This document shows positions 27,676 to 37,492 of a DNA stretch of 64,000 bases, in pieces; position 1 is the first letter of the stretch, and each line of letters begins with the position of its first letter. The position numbers and the translations under genes were made by a program. Under the pieces are notes generated by a model. The model saw nothing but the letters and a program-made list of their open reading frames with translations. It was not told the origin of the DNA and ran no database searches. This stretch comes from an uncultured Eubacteriales bacterium (lineage in GTDB: Bacteria; Bacillota; JAAYKD01): assembly GCA_964425745.1 (NCBI GenBank), contig CAYRNW010000012.1:250-64249 (forward strand), in the 5' to 3' direction.

Positions 27676-28659
27676 ATGACTCAAAAGAAAAATCTTGTTT
27701 TAGCAATGCTTGCTCTCATCCTCGTATTCATGCTCAGTGGTTGTAACACCCCGGCACCCGCCCCTACTCCGACCCCCGAGCCCAAAACCGTATTTAAAAT
27801 TGGCATTGTACAGTTAGCAGAATTTCCGGCTTTAGATGCTGCCACCCAAGGATTTCAAGATGCCTTGACCGAGAAACTCCCGGATCAGGTAGAATTCGAT
27901 CTGCAGAATGCTCAAGGGGAGCAAACCAATGCCACGACCATTGTCAACAAGTTTGTCAATGATAAAGTCTCTCTAATCATGGCCAATGCTACCAATTCCG
28001 TAAAAGCGGCTCGCGAAGCCACTTCTACCATTCCCATTGTCGGCACTTCCGTAACCGATTATGTAAAAAGTGGCTTAGTGGAATCCAATGAAGCCCCCGG
28101 GGGTAATGTTACCGGCGCTTCCGATAACAATCCGGTCGATGTCCAGGTTGAACTCTTGGCGGCCTTGGTTCCCGATGCCGAAGTAGTTGGCATTGTCTTC
28201 TCTTCTGCCGAAGAAAATTCCGAGATCCAAGCCGTTGAAGCCAAAGCTGCATTAGAAGCAAAAGGGTATGAGGTAAAAATCTACACCGTTGCTGACTCCA
28301 ATGAGATTCAAACCGTAGTTACCAAAGCTTGCACCGAAGTCGATGCTTTCTATGAGCCCAGTGATAACTTAATTGCCTCCAATGTTCCCACCATGGCGAA
28401 CATCACCACAGCTGCCGGAATCCCGGTCATTACCGCCGAATCCAGCATGTGTGAAGCCGGTTTCTTGGCGACCTACTCGATTAGCTACTACGATTTAGGA
28501 CACAAGGCTGGAGAAATGGCCTTCGAAATTTTAGTCAATGGTGCAGATCCTGCAACAACCCCAATTTTCACCTTTGATACTTCCAATTTGACATTATTCA
28601 TCAATCAAGAAGTTGCCGATGCTTTGGGCATTGTCATCCCTGAAGGTCTTCTAAAATGA
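27676..28659 (+). CDS. ABC transporter substrate-binding lipoprotein (ABC_sub_bind/TrpX-like; likely aromatic amino acid)
   Basis: Lipobox LSGC; KIGIVQLAEFPALD, QNAQGE, PIVGTSVTD, VTGASD, PSDN motifs. Confidence 0.88.
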   Translation: MTQKKNLVLAMLALILVFMLSGCNTPAPAPTPTPEPKTVFKIGIVQLAEFPALDAATQGFQDALTEKLPDQVEFDLQNAQGEQTNATTIVNKFVNDKVSLIMANATNSVKAAREATSTIPIVGTSVTDYVKSGLVESNEAPGGNVTGASDNNPVDVQVELLAALVPDAEVVGIVFSSAEENSEIQAVEAKAALEAKGYEVKIYTVADSNEIQTVVTKACTEVDAFYEPSDNLIASNVPTMANITTAAGIPVITAESSMCEAGFLATYSISYYDLGHKAGEMAFEILVNGADPATTPIFTFDTSNLTLFINQEVADALGIVIPEGLLK

Positions 28660-29522
28660 TCATCTCATTTCTCAACGCACTGCCCGGATCCGTTGCGCAG
28701 GGTCTAATATGGGGGATCTTGGGCTTAGGGGTTGCTGTTTCCTACCAGATCATGGACTATGCAGATCTCACCGTCGATGGCAGTTTTGCTACCGGCGGTG
28801 CGGTTTGTGCCGTTAGTATCGCCGCGGGCTATTCGGCGGGTTTTTCTTTAGTCTTTGCAGCTTTGGCCGGTATGCTGGCGGGATTCGTGACTGGAACCTT
28901 GCACACTCGTTTAAAGATTCCTGCAATCCTCGCCGGTATCTTGAGCCAGCTCGCTTTATATTCAATCAACATGCGTATCATGGGCAAATCGAATATTACG
29001 ATTAGCCGCACCAAATACGCTTTATTGCTGAGCAGCGCCAACATCAGCCATGCACTCGTTGTAGCAGTGGCCATCACCATCGTTTTGGTGTTAACGTTGG
29101 TTTGGTTTTTTCGTACGGAAATCGGATATGCCGTGCGGGCAACCGGTAATAATGAAAAAATGGCCCGAGCACAAGGGATTGATACCGATGCCATGAAACG
29201 CTTAGGCTTAATAATATCGAACGGACTGGTCGGGATTTCGGGGGCTTTGTTAGCGCAATTTCAGGGAAATGCCGATATCAATATGGGCCGTGGCGCCATT
29301 GTCATTGGCTTAGCAGCGGTGGTCATTGGCAGCCGACTCATGCGTCATCATGAGCGTTTCGTTTTGCGCTTTTCCGGTACTTTATTGGGATCGATTTCAT
29401 ACTATGTGGTTTTGTCGGTCGTAATTTACTTAGGTCTTTCCACCGTTGATCTAAAACTATTCACGGCCTGTCTGGTCGCGCTCTTTTTAGCCAGACCCGG
29501 ACAAAAAAGGAGGGCTGCCTGA
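28656..29522 (+). CDS. ABC transporter permease
   Basis: QGLIWG, ADLTVDGSF, ILAGIL, GYAVRATGNN, ADINMGRGAIVIGLA. Confidence 0.9.
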   Translation: MIISFLNALPGSVAQGLIWGILGLGVAVSYQIMDYADLTVDGSFATGGAVCAVSIAAGYSAGFSLVFAALAGMLAGFVTGTLHTRLKIPAILAGILSQLALYSINMRIMGKSNITISRTKYALLLSSANISHALVVAVAITIVLVLTLVWFFRTEIGYAVRATGNNEKMARAQGIDTDAMKRLGLIISNGLVGISGALLAQFQGNADINMGRGAIVIGLAAVVIGSRLMRHHERFVLRFSGTLLGSISYYVVLSVVIYLGLSTVDLKLFTACLVALFLARPGQKRRAA

Positions 29523-30295
29523 TGCTAAAAATTGAAGATGTTACATTGCGTTTTTTTCATGGTACTGTTAACGAAAAAACTGCTTTAGATCAGATTTCTC
29601 TGCATATTCCCAAAGGGGAATTTGTGACTGTCATTGGCGGAAACGGTGCCGGAAAGTCCTCTTTATTGCAATTGGTGGCAGGCACTTGCCTACCGGATCA
29701 GGGAAAGATTAGTCTGAGTGGTCAAGATCTGCTCTCCATGCCGGAACATAGAAGAGCTTCGTTGTTAGGGCGAGTTTTTCAAGACCCCATGCAGGGAACC
29801 GCCTCGGAGTTGACTTTGGAAGAAAACTTAGCTTTAGCGGGGCGACGAGGGGAAAAGCACCGGTATCGTCGTGCTCTTTCCGGAGAAGATCGCCAGCGTT
29901 TTCGTCAGATTTTAAGCCGCCTAGAGTTGGGATTAGAAGATCGTTTGACGGTAAAAGTGGGCTTACTTTCAGGAGGTCAACGTCAAGCTCTCACCTTGCT
30001 GATGGCGGTCATGAAAGAACCTCAGCTCTTGTTGCTGGATGAACACACGGCTGCTTTGGATCCTAAAACAGCAGCTACCGTGATGAAGATTACGGAAGAG
30101 TTTGTTAAAAACAGCCAATTCAGCACTTTAATGATTACTCACAATATGCGTGATGCGATTCGCTATGGGGATCGCCTGATCATGATGAGTTGCGGTAAAA
30201 TCATTTTAGATGTAAAGGGCGAAGCAAAGCGCAACCTGACGGTGGAGCAATTGCTAAAAGAGTTTGAAAAAAACATCGGATTTCCAAGTTTCTAA
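29522..30295 (+). CDS. ABC transporter ATP-binding protein
   Basis: Walker A GGNGAGKS, LSGGQRQ signature, LLDEH, THN. Confidence 0.93.
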   Translation: MLKIEDVTLRFFHGTVNEKTALDQISLHIPKGEFVTVIGGNGAGKSSLLQLVAGTCLPDQGKISLSGQDLLSMPEHRRASLLGRVFQDPMQGTASELTLEENLALAGRRGEKHRYRRALSGEDRQRFRQILSRLELGLEDRLTVKVGLLSGGQRQALTLLMAVMKEPQLLLLDEHTAALDPKTAATVMKITEEFVKNSQFSTLMITHNMRDAIRYGDRLIMMSCGKIILDVKGEAKRNLTVEQLLKEFEKNIGFPSF

Positions 30296-30318
30296 TCTTG
30301 GAGATCCGATGTTTTATT

Positions 30319-30654
30319 TTATCGTTTGACGAACATGATTTCATTGGGAAGTAGCATCCCTAATTTGGAGCGGGCCATTTCGCGAATGTAAATGTCACTT
30401 TTCACAAACGTAAGCTCCTCTTTCAAGGCCTGTTGCTCATTCACTAATTGTTCTTTTTGATACAGCGCACTTCGGTAGGTTTGTTCGGTGCGTTTGATGC
30501 GTAATTCCATGTGCACAATCTGCCAAGACATCCAAACAATGACCAGGAGCAAGAGTACAATTGCTGCAATTTTCAAATACTGCTTTGATTTCGCTTCTTT
30601 GGAATCAGCATTGCCTAAAATTAACGATAATTTCAAGTTTCTTCTCAATTGCAT
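30319..30654 (-). CDS. divIC: Septum formation initiator, DivIC/FtsB family
   Basis: TM, coiled coil, YIREMARSKLGMLLPNE; ATG 30654 follows AGGAG. Confidence 0.85.
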   Translation of the reverse strand: MQLRRNLKLSLILGNADSKEAKSKQYLKIAAIVLLLLVIVWMSWQIVHMELRIKRTEQTYRSALYQKEQLVNEQQALKEELTFVKSDIYIREMARSKLGMLLPNEIMFVKR

Positions 30655-30722
30655 TGGCCTCACTCCTTCCTACTGAAAGTACTATTATCTTATCACGAAC
30701 TTCTATAGAAATCAATCCCTGT

Positions 30723-30995
30723 TTACCAATCAAAGGTCATCTCTTCCCGTGTTTCAGAAATCACTTTATACATTTCCGCTGCATCTTCCTTGCGATTCGA
30801 GGTCGTGATACTCAAGACCTCAACAGTAAGGGTTCGGCTGCCAAAGTGCAAAGCAATCGTATCACCGACTTTGACTTCGGCTGCCGGTTTTGCAACTCGG
30901 CCGTTCAACTCAATACGCTGCCCTTCTGCCACTTCTTTGGCCAGAGTGCGGCGCTTGATCAGGCGCGATACTTTTAAATATTTATCGAGACGCAT
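30723..30995 (-). CDS. yabO: S4-domain RNA-binding protein (YabO/RqcP family)
   Basis: MRLDKYLKVSRLIKRRTLAKE...KVGD. Confidence 0.92.
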   Translation of the reverse strand: MRLDKYLKVSRLIKRRTLAKEVAEGQRIELNGRVAKPAAEVKVGDTIALHFGSRTLTVEVLSITTSNRKEDAAEMYKVISETREEMTFDW

Positions 30996-31010
30996 AACGT
31001 TCTTCCCTTC

Positions 31011-31787
31011 TTAATGCTTTTTTACCTGTTGCCATAGGGCTTCTTGTTGCTCCAAGTTCAACTTGGAAAAATCCATCTGATTTTGCTTGGCGAGCTTTTC
31101 CATGGCAATGAATCGGGATTTAAATTTTTGATTGGCTTTCAAGAGTGCACTTTCCGGTTCTACATGGAGGAACCGGGCAAGATTCACTGCAGCAAAGAGA
31201 AAATCACCGACTTCTTCTTCCACTGCTTCTTGTTGCTCGGCTTGAAGCGCTTCTAAAATTTCTGCTTTTTCCTCTTCAAGTTTATCCCAGACGCCTTGAA
31301 CGGTAGGCCAATCAAAGCCGACTTTGGCTGCTTTGCTCTGGAGTTTATTGGCAGCCATGAGTGCCGGTAGATTCTTAGTCACACCATCTAAGGCGCTCTC
31401 TTTGGGTTTGTCTTTCCGTTCCAGTGCTTTAATGGCTTCCCATTGCGCCAGAACTTGAGCGCTGTTGTCGACATGGGTTTCAGCAAAGACATGCGGATGC
31501 CTGCGTTGCATCTTGGTGCAGACGGCAGCAACGACATCTTCCATGCTGAACTCCGCGTTTTCTTCACCGATAACTGCGTGGAAGACGACTTGTAATAACA
31601 AGTCGCCCAATTCATCGACCAGTGCCGAAAGATCGTGGTTGTCTACCGCTTCGGCAACTTCATATGATTCTTCTATGGCAAAGGGGCGAAGACTTTCATG
31701 CGTTTGCTCTCTGTCCCAGGGGCATCCTTCTGCGGAGCGCAGTTGATGCATGATATCGAGTAATGGTTTTAAGGTATCGTGATTCAT
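31011..31787 (-). CDS. mazG: Nucleoside triphosphate pyrophosphohydrolase MazG
   Basis: GCPWDREQTHESL, EESYE, ELGDLL, RRHPHVF, EEVGD; lacks the N-terminal methylase domain of YabN. Confidence 0.92.
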   Translation of the reverse strand: MNHDTLKPLLDIMHQLRSAEGCPWDREQTHESLRPFAIEESYEVAEAVDNHDLSALVDELGDLLLQVVFHAVIGEENAEFSMEDVVAAVCTKMQRRHPHVFAETHVDNSAQVLAQWEAIKALERKDKPKESALDGVTKNLPALMAANKLQSKAAKVGFDWPTVQGVWDKLEEEKAEILEALQAEQQEAVEEEVGDFLFAAVNLARFLHVEPESALLKANQKFKSRFIAMEKLAKQNQMDFSKLNLEQQEALWQQVKKH

Positions 31788-31796
31788 GGGATCCTC

Positions 31797-33401
31797 CTAT
31801 TTTATCCATCGTCCGGTAATTTTTAAGATCAATGGCCCGATTTTGGGAATTGCCTGTAATTCATCTTTTCTCAAACCTCCACTCAATAGGAGCACAAGGC
31901 CATATACAAAGATTCCCAACAGCACACTGATTGCAGTCGCTACCAGCATGGAAATGCGACCCGTCATACCATGATATGCCAGATATACGACCAGTCCCAT
32001 GAGTGAGGCGCTGATGATGGGCGAAATTACCAAGCCTTGCATGTCCACCGTCATTTCGGTGAACTGATACACTTTGTACAAATTATAACCAACGGCCACG
32101 GCGAAGCCCAACCCGGTAGCAATGGCTGCACCAAAGATATTCACATTGGGAATGGCGCACAAGACATAGGTCAACACCGTTTTGATGCCAATGCCAATCA
32201 ACATACTGACCACCGGCACTTGAATCTTGTTGATCCCCTGTAGAATACTGGCCGTTGTTTGGTACAACAACAAGAAGAGAATCACCCAGGAGTAGACTGC
32301 TATGATATTAGCTGCATCGGCAGAACCGTAAAGAATCTGGGCAACCGGTTGGCTTAAAAGATTTAATCCCAACGCTGCAGGTAGGGCGATTAGAGTGCTG
32401 ACCTTCAAAGCCAAATTGGCACGGCTGCGCATGGTTTCGACATCGTTTCTAGACATGGCATCGGTTATCGATGGAATCAACGACGCCGCCACCGCAACGG
32501 TGAGGATACTGGGCATGTTAACCAAAGGTCCGGCTTGCCCGGAATAGCGGCCAAACAATGCGGTAGCCTCTTCTACGGCGAATCCTGCCGTTTGTAATCT
32601 ACCACTGATAATCAGAGCATCGACAAATTGCATCAGTGGCCAGATCAATGAGCCCAAGGTAACGGGAATGGCCAACAAAACGATTCGTTTCAGAACCGTC
32701 ATACTGCTTTCTTCTTTCACACCCAAATCACCAATTACGGCAACTTGTTTGTGCTGGGTTCGTAAATACAGCATCAGCAAATAGATGAATGCAGCCATGG
32801 AACCCAAGGTCACTCCCAACGCTGCTCCGGTGGCCGCCGCTTCTAAGCCCCTGCCTAAGAGGATCATAGCAAGCGTTAAGATCATGATGACGCGCACCAA
32901 TTGCTCCATGGCATCGGAAATAGCACGGGGAATCATCTCTTGTCGGCCTTGAAAATAGCCGCGAAAGGGTGCCATGAGAAAGACAAAGAGCACCGCCGGT
33001 GAAATCGCGCGCAATGGCATAAGAGCACGCGGTTCTTTCAAGTTGGTTTCAACCCAAAAATTTGCCCCCAAGCCTAACATGGCCATGAGCAATAACCCTA
33101 AGGTGCCGGATAAGAGTAAAGAAAGCAATAAAACTTTGCGGGTGCTGCGTTCATCCTGAGCAGCTGTTTTCTCTGCTACCAATTTTGAAATGGATAACGG
33201 CAACCCGGTCATGCCCACCGTCATAAAGAGTAGGGCCAGATTATATGCCATTTGGTAAAGACCAATTCCCTCATCGCCGATGATTCGGGTTAAAAAGATA
33301 CGATACACAGCCCCCAAAACACGAGCAAAGGCTCCGGCCAAGGTTAAAATCATTGTATTCAACAAAAAAGACTTTTTGGTCTCTTGATTCATCGTAATCA
33401 C
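31797..33401 (-). CDS. yabM: Polysaccharide/lipid II flippase family protein (SpoVB/YabM, MOP superfamily)
   Basis: About 14 TM segments; IGDEGIGLYQMAY, RGYFQG, EQLVRV; conserved position before mazG. Confidence 0.85.
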   Translation of the reverse strand: MITMNQETKKSFLLNTMILTLAGAFARVLGAVYRIFLTRIIGDEGIGLYQMAYNLALLFMTVGMTGLPLSISKLVAEKTAAQDERSTRKVLLLSLLLSGTLGLLLMAMLGLGANFWVETNLKEPRALMPLRAISPAVLFVFLMAPFRGYFQGRQEMIPRAISDAMEQLVRVIMILTLAMILLGRGLEAAATGAALGVTLGSMAAFIYLLMLYLRTQHKQVAVIGDLGVKEESSMTVLKRIVLLAIPVTLGSLIWPLMQFVDALIISGRLQTAGFAVEEATALFGRYSGQAGPLVNMPSILTVAVAASLIPSITDAMSRNDVETMRSRANLALKVSTLIALPAALGLNLLSQPVAQILYGSADAANIIAVYSWVILFLLLYQTTASILQGINKIQVPVVSMLIGIGIKTVLTYVLCAIPNVNIFGAAIATGLGFAVAVGYNLYKVYQFTEMTVDMQGLVISPIISASLMGLVVYLAYHGMTGRISMLVATAISVLLGIFVYGLVLLLSGGLRKDELQAIPKIGPLILKITGRWIK

Positions 33402-33513
33402 CTTTTCTTTCCTTAAGGTTCAAACCCCGGGAAGTTTACAATTCTATACTGTTCTCTTTTGTGAATGCATTTCCCTTCAAAGCAGAACTCTTCTGTAAAT
33501 TTTCAAAGAAGGG

Positions 33514-33542
33514 TTGACATTGATTTCCACCTATGTTAGAAT
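33514..33542 (+). promoter_or_regulatory. Sigma-A promoter of the his operon
   Basis: TTGACA, 17 nt spacer, extended TGn-TAGAAT. Confidence 0.8.
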
Positions 33543-33573
33543 CCGTTTCAAAATCTATGAGGAGGATGCAACC

Positions 33574-33858
33574 ATGTTGACGACAACCCTTTTTAACGTC
33601 ATCACCACCGAAGCGATCATCATCGCCGCGGTTCTTTTGGCTTGCATCTCTTTCTTTGCGACCAATTTCAACACGTCCTTCAAGGCTATAGCTTCGGCTG
33701 TAGCCTTCTTTTTTATGCATCAACCCGTGGCATTGCATCTGCATCACCATCTTCATCATCACCATTGTGGTCATGAAATGGTTGCTTTGCCTACGGTTTT
33801 TGCATCAAAACACCCCGAAAGGTTACAATACCCTATTTTTAGAAGAAGCGTATTGTAA
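33574..33858 (+). CDS. His-rich leader ORF of the his operon (94 aa)
   Basis: SD GAGGAGG then ATG 33574; hydrophobic N-half, then MHQPVALHLHHHLHHHHCGHE (10 His in 21 codons); ends 28 nt before a terminator. Confidence 0.75.
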   Translation: MLTTTLFNVITTEAIIIAAVLLACISFFATNFNTSFKAIASAVAFFFMHQPVALHLHHHLHHHHCGHEMVALPTVFASKHPERLQYPIFRRSVL

Positions 33859-33885
33859 TGAACTAGATCCCTAAAAGGGTTCTTC

Positions 33886-33927
33886 GCGGAGTGGTTTTGC
33901 AAAAAGCAAAACCACTCCGCTTTTTTT
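33886..33927 (+). terminator. Attenuator terminator before hisZ
   Basis: Perfect 15-bp stem GCGGAGTGGTTTTGC-AAAAA-GCAAAACCACTCCGC plus T7. Confidence 0.9.
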
Positions 33928-33947
33928 ATTGAATAGGAGGGTTTCCC

Positions 33948-34442
33948 ATGGCTATCGACGGTTCGCTGCTCAGTTCTCGTGAAAAGGCAATTTTGGCATT
34001 ACGTCACGTGTTTCACCAATACGAATATCATCCATATTCGAAACTGCGCTGGGAAGATTATGATTTTTATGCTCAACATAAAGCGTTCTTACAAAACACT
34101 CCGATTTTGAGTTTCCACGATTACGACGGGCGGTTGTTAGCCCTCAGACCCGATGTGACGTTATCGTTGATGCGACGTTATCAGCCCGATGGTCTGATTC
34201 AAAAATGGTCGTACGAAGAAACGGTGTATCGCGTTCCGGAAGGGGCTCATGGATTTCAAGAGATGCTGCAAATGGGCGTGGAATGTTTAGGACCCCTGAC
34301 CGACAAAGAAGAGCTTGACTTGATTTGCATGGCGGGCGACACTTTAAAAGTTTTGAATGATGCTTTTCTGCTCGATATATCTCACACCACGCTTCTACCC
34401 GGTCTCCTGCTAAGCTTACAGCGGCTTCCATCGCTGGAGTAA
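33948..34442 (+). pseudogene. hisZ: ATP phosphoribosyltransferase regulatory subunit HisZ, 3'-truncated by deletion
   Basis: LLALRPDVTLS and EMLQMGVECLG motifs; homology stops near 34415 and an out-of-frame stop follows at 34440-34442. Confidence 0.8.
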
Positions 34443-35200
34443 CTCGGGTTTTTAAAGTTGGCGGGGCACAAGCCATTGCTGCTTTAGCCTATGGTACCGA
34501 AACGATCCCTAAGGTTGATAAAATCGTCGGCCCAGGCAATTGGTATGTTTCGGAAGCCAAGCGACAAGTCTTTGGGGATGTTGCGATCGATATGATTGCA
34601 GGTCCGAGTGAAATTGTGATCGTGGCAGATGAAACTTGCCCGGTTTCGCATATTGCGGCAGATTTACTTTCTCAGGCAGAACATGACCCGGCGGCGATGG
34701 CTGTTTTGATTACAGATTCCCCCACTCTAGCAGAACAGGTAAACCAAGAATTGCAGGTGCAATTAGAAGCGTTGCCCCGAAAAGAGATTGCCTCACAAGC
34801 AATGGAACGCTTCGGCAAGATTGTGGTCGTAACAGATCTTACCCAAGCAATGCAAGTGGCCAATCGTTTTGCACCAGAACATTTAGAGTTATGTGTCTCA
34901 AATCCCTGGCAAGCATTGGAGCAGGTTCGTCATGCGGGTTCAGTCTTCTTAGGAGCTTATACTCCGGAGCCGGTAGGCGATTACTGGGCGGGTGCCAATC
35001 ACACCTTGCCCACCGCCGGCAGTGCTCGCTTTTCCAGTCCTCTTTCCGTCGATGATTTTCTGAAGAAAACCCAATTCATGTATTATACGCAAAATCAACT
35101 AGCCCAGGTAGCTGAGAAAATATCCCGCTTTGCTGAATTTGAGGGCTTAGACGCCCACAGTCGCAGCATTCGAATCCGTAGCCATGGAGGACCAAAATGA
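34415..35200 (+). pseudogene. hisD: Histidinol dehydrogenase HisD, 5'-truncated
   Basis: The frame from 34415 reads [42 protein letters not shown]...DMIAGPSE...QAEHD...APEHLEL. The N-terminal part and start codon are missing. Confidence 0.88.
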
Positions 35201-36273
35201 GCCGTTATTTAAATGCGAACTATCAATCGTTGCGTCCTTATACCCCCGGCGAACAAGGGGTGCAAGGCATCCGCATTAAATTGAATACCAATGAAGCTCC
35301 CTTTGCTCCCTCACTTCATGTTCAGCAGGCGGTCGCAAAAGCTGCTGCCCAACTGCAAAGGTATTCCGACCCTGAAGGCAAGCGCTTGCGCTTGGCATTG
35401 GCGAAACGCTATGGGATTACTCCGGAGCAAATCATGTTGGGTAACGGTTCCGATGAACTTCTGTTCTTAGCCTTTTTAGCGTTCTGTTCTGCAGAATCCG
35501 GGGTGGCATGCCCCGCTGTCAGCTACGGATTTTATCCGGTCTATGCGCAAATGGCCGGTGCCCCCTACCATGGTATTGCTTTGACCTCTGATTTACAGAT
35601 TAATGGCAAGGACTTTTGCTCCCTGAATCAGCCCATTGTCTTAGCCAACCCGAACGCGCCAACCGGAACGCTTTTGAGTGTAGAAGAAATAGAACGCATC
35701 CTACAGACCAACCCCAACCATGTTGTATTAGTCGATGAAGCTTATGTTGATTTTGGTGGCGAGAGTTGCGTGCCACTCCTGGAGCGCTATGATAATTTGT
35801 TGATTTTACAAACCTTTTCTAAGTCGCGTTGTTTGGCCGGTGGCAGGCTTGGTTTCGCCATGGGAGGTGCAGGTCTCATCGCTGATTTGCAACGCTTACG
35901 CTACAGCCTCAACCCTTACAACGTCAACAGTATGACCTTGGCAGCCGCCGAAGCTGCCTTAGACGAAGAAAATCTCTTCCAGGAGCGCTGTTCTGAGATC
36001 ATCCGGGTTCGAGAATGGATACAAACACAATTGCTGGATCTCGATTTCCGTGTGATTCCGAGCAAGGGTAATTTCGTTTTTGTCTCTCCTCCCGGTGGTG
36101 ATGCGGCGGATTATGCTACTTACCTCAAGAGTAACGGGGTTTTGATCCGCTATTTTTCGCTCGACCCAATTTCCGAGTTTGTTCGAATCAGCATCGGCAA
36201 TCAAGAAGAGATGGAAATTCTGCTTGCTCTGACAGCTGAACGTTACCCAAAAATGAGGGAGGAAAAATCATGA
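35197..36273 (+). CDS. hisC: Histidinol-phosphate aminotransferase
   Basis: KLNTNE, NPNAPTG, DEAY, TFSK (PLP Lys). Confidence 0.93.
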   Translation: MSRYLNANYQSLRPYTPGEQGVQGIRIKLNTNEAPFAPSLHVQQAVAKAAAQLQRYSDPEGKRLRLALAKRYGITPEQIMLGNGSDELLFLAFLAFCSAESGVACPAVSYGFYPVYAQMAGAPYHGIALTSDLQINGKDFCSLNQPIVLANPNAPTGTLLSVEEIERILQTNPNHVVLVDEAYVDFGGESCVPLLERYDNLLILQTFSKSRCLAGGRLGFAMGGAGLIADLQRLRYSLNPYNVNSMTLAAAEAALDEENLFQERCSEIIRVREWIQTQLLDLDFRVIPSKGNFVFVSPPGGDAADYATYLKSNGVLIRYFSLDPISEFVRISIGNQEEMEILLALTAERYPKMREEKS

Positions 36274-36863
36274 TGACGCGTCAAGCATTCATAACCCGCG
36301 AAACCCGCGAAACCACGATTTCATTGAATGTCGAGCTTGATCAGAGCAACTCATCTGAGATTCAAACCGGAATCGGCTTTTTAGACCACATGCTGAGTTT
36401 ACTTGCCTTTCATGCTGGAGTTCGGCTCGAACTGCGCTGCTCCGGTGATTTACAGGTTGATGCTCATCACACAACTGAAGACCTTGGGTTGAGCTTAGGC
36501 ACGGCTTTGCGAACGGCCTTAGGCAACGCCAAGGGAATTCGTCGCTACGGTCAATCGCTGTTGCCCATGGACGAAGCCTTAGTTTTAGTTGCTCTCGATA
36601 TCTCGGGTCGGACCGGGTGTTACTGCAATCTGCAGATTCCATCTCCTCGCCTTGGCGATTTCGACACCGAATTGGTCGAAGAGTTTTTTCAGGCACTCTG
36701 CCGGGGAGGGCAGTTCACCCTTCATCTGCAGCAATTGGCGGGACGCAACAGCCACCACCTCTGCGAAGCCTGTTTCAAAGGGTTTGGCAGAGCTTTAAGG
36801 GAAGCCGTTGCCATCACGGAAAGCTCAGAGCAAATCCCTTCTAGTAAAGGAGTCTTGCTATGA
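36270..36863 (+). CDS. hisB: Imidazoleglycerol-phosphate dehydratase
   Basis: GFLDHML, VDAHHTTED, PMDEAL, NSHHLCEA. Confidence 0.95.
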   Translation: MMTRQAFITRETRETTISLNVELDQSNSSEIQTGIGFLDHMLSLLAFHAGVRLELRCSGDLQVDAHHTTEDLGLSLGTALRTALGNAKGIRRYGQSLLPMDEALVLVALDISGRTGCYCNLQIPSPRLGDFDTELVEEFFQALCRGGQFTLHLQQLAGRNSHHLCEACFKGFGRALREAVAITESSEQIPSSKGVLL

Positions 36864-37492
36864 TTGGCATAGTAGATTATGGGGTTGGCAATCTTTTTTC
36901 GTTACAATCTTCTTTGCAGCATTGTGGTATCGAACACCGTTTAGTACGAGATAAGAAAGAGATTCAGGCGTGTCAAGGGTTGATACTACCGGGTGTTGGA
37001 GCCTTCGCAGCGGCGATGAATTCGTTGCGCTCTCGCAATCTTGTTGAGGTGATTCAATCGGTAGCCCAACAGGGTATGCCACTTCTGGGCATCTGTTTGG
37101 GCATGCAGGTATTGCTGGAAACCGGTTATGAGTACGGCACACACGAAGGGTTGGGTTTAATCCCGGGAGAAATCCGCGCCTTGCAAGATTTGATACCGCA
37201 GCCGATGACCATTCCCCACATGGGATGGAACCAACTGCGCTTCCCTGCAGTTCAGCCAAAACATCCCCTTTTTCAAGATTTGGAACCCGGAGTCTGGGTC
37301 TATTTTGTTCACTCCTATGCGGCTACTCAAACCGGGAACCAAACCATTGCCACCTGTGAATACGGGACCTCGATTAGCGCTGCTGTTGCAAGAGAAAACG
37401 TAGCAGGAGTTCAGTTTCACCCGGAAAAAAGTGGGGCGACTGGCTTAAAGATTTTACGCAATTTTGCAGCTTGGACGGAGGTCTTACCATGA
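36860..37492 (+). CDS. hisH: Imidazole glycerol phosphate synthase, glutaminase subunit
   Basis: VDYGVGN, LPGVG, GICLGMQ, QFHPEKSG. Confidence 0.95.
   Translation: MIGIVDYGVGNLFSLQSSLQHCGIEHRLVRDKKEIQACQGLILPGVGAFAAAMNSLRSRNLVEVIQSVAQQGMPLLGICLGMQVLLETGYEYGTHEGLGLIPGEIRALQDLIPQPMTIPHMGWNQLRFPAVQPKHPLFQDLEPGVWVYFVHSYAATQTGNQTIATCEYGTSISAAVARENVAGVQFHPEKSGATGLKILRNFAAWTEVLP

Noticed and set aside
33436-33774. Minus-strand Met-rich ORF, and a second His-rich reading (HHHRSDHHRR) in another plus frame at 33600
   Set aside because: The minus ORF is the antisense of the CAT/CAC tract and has no SD. The alternative plus frame has a stop at 33594-33596 and no start or usable slippery site.
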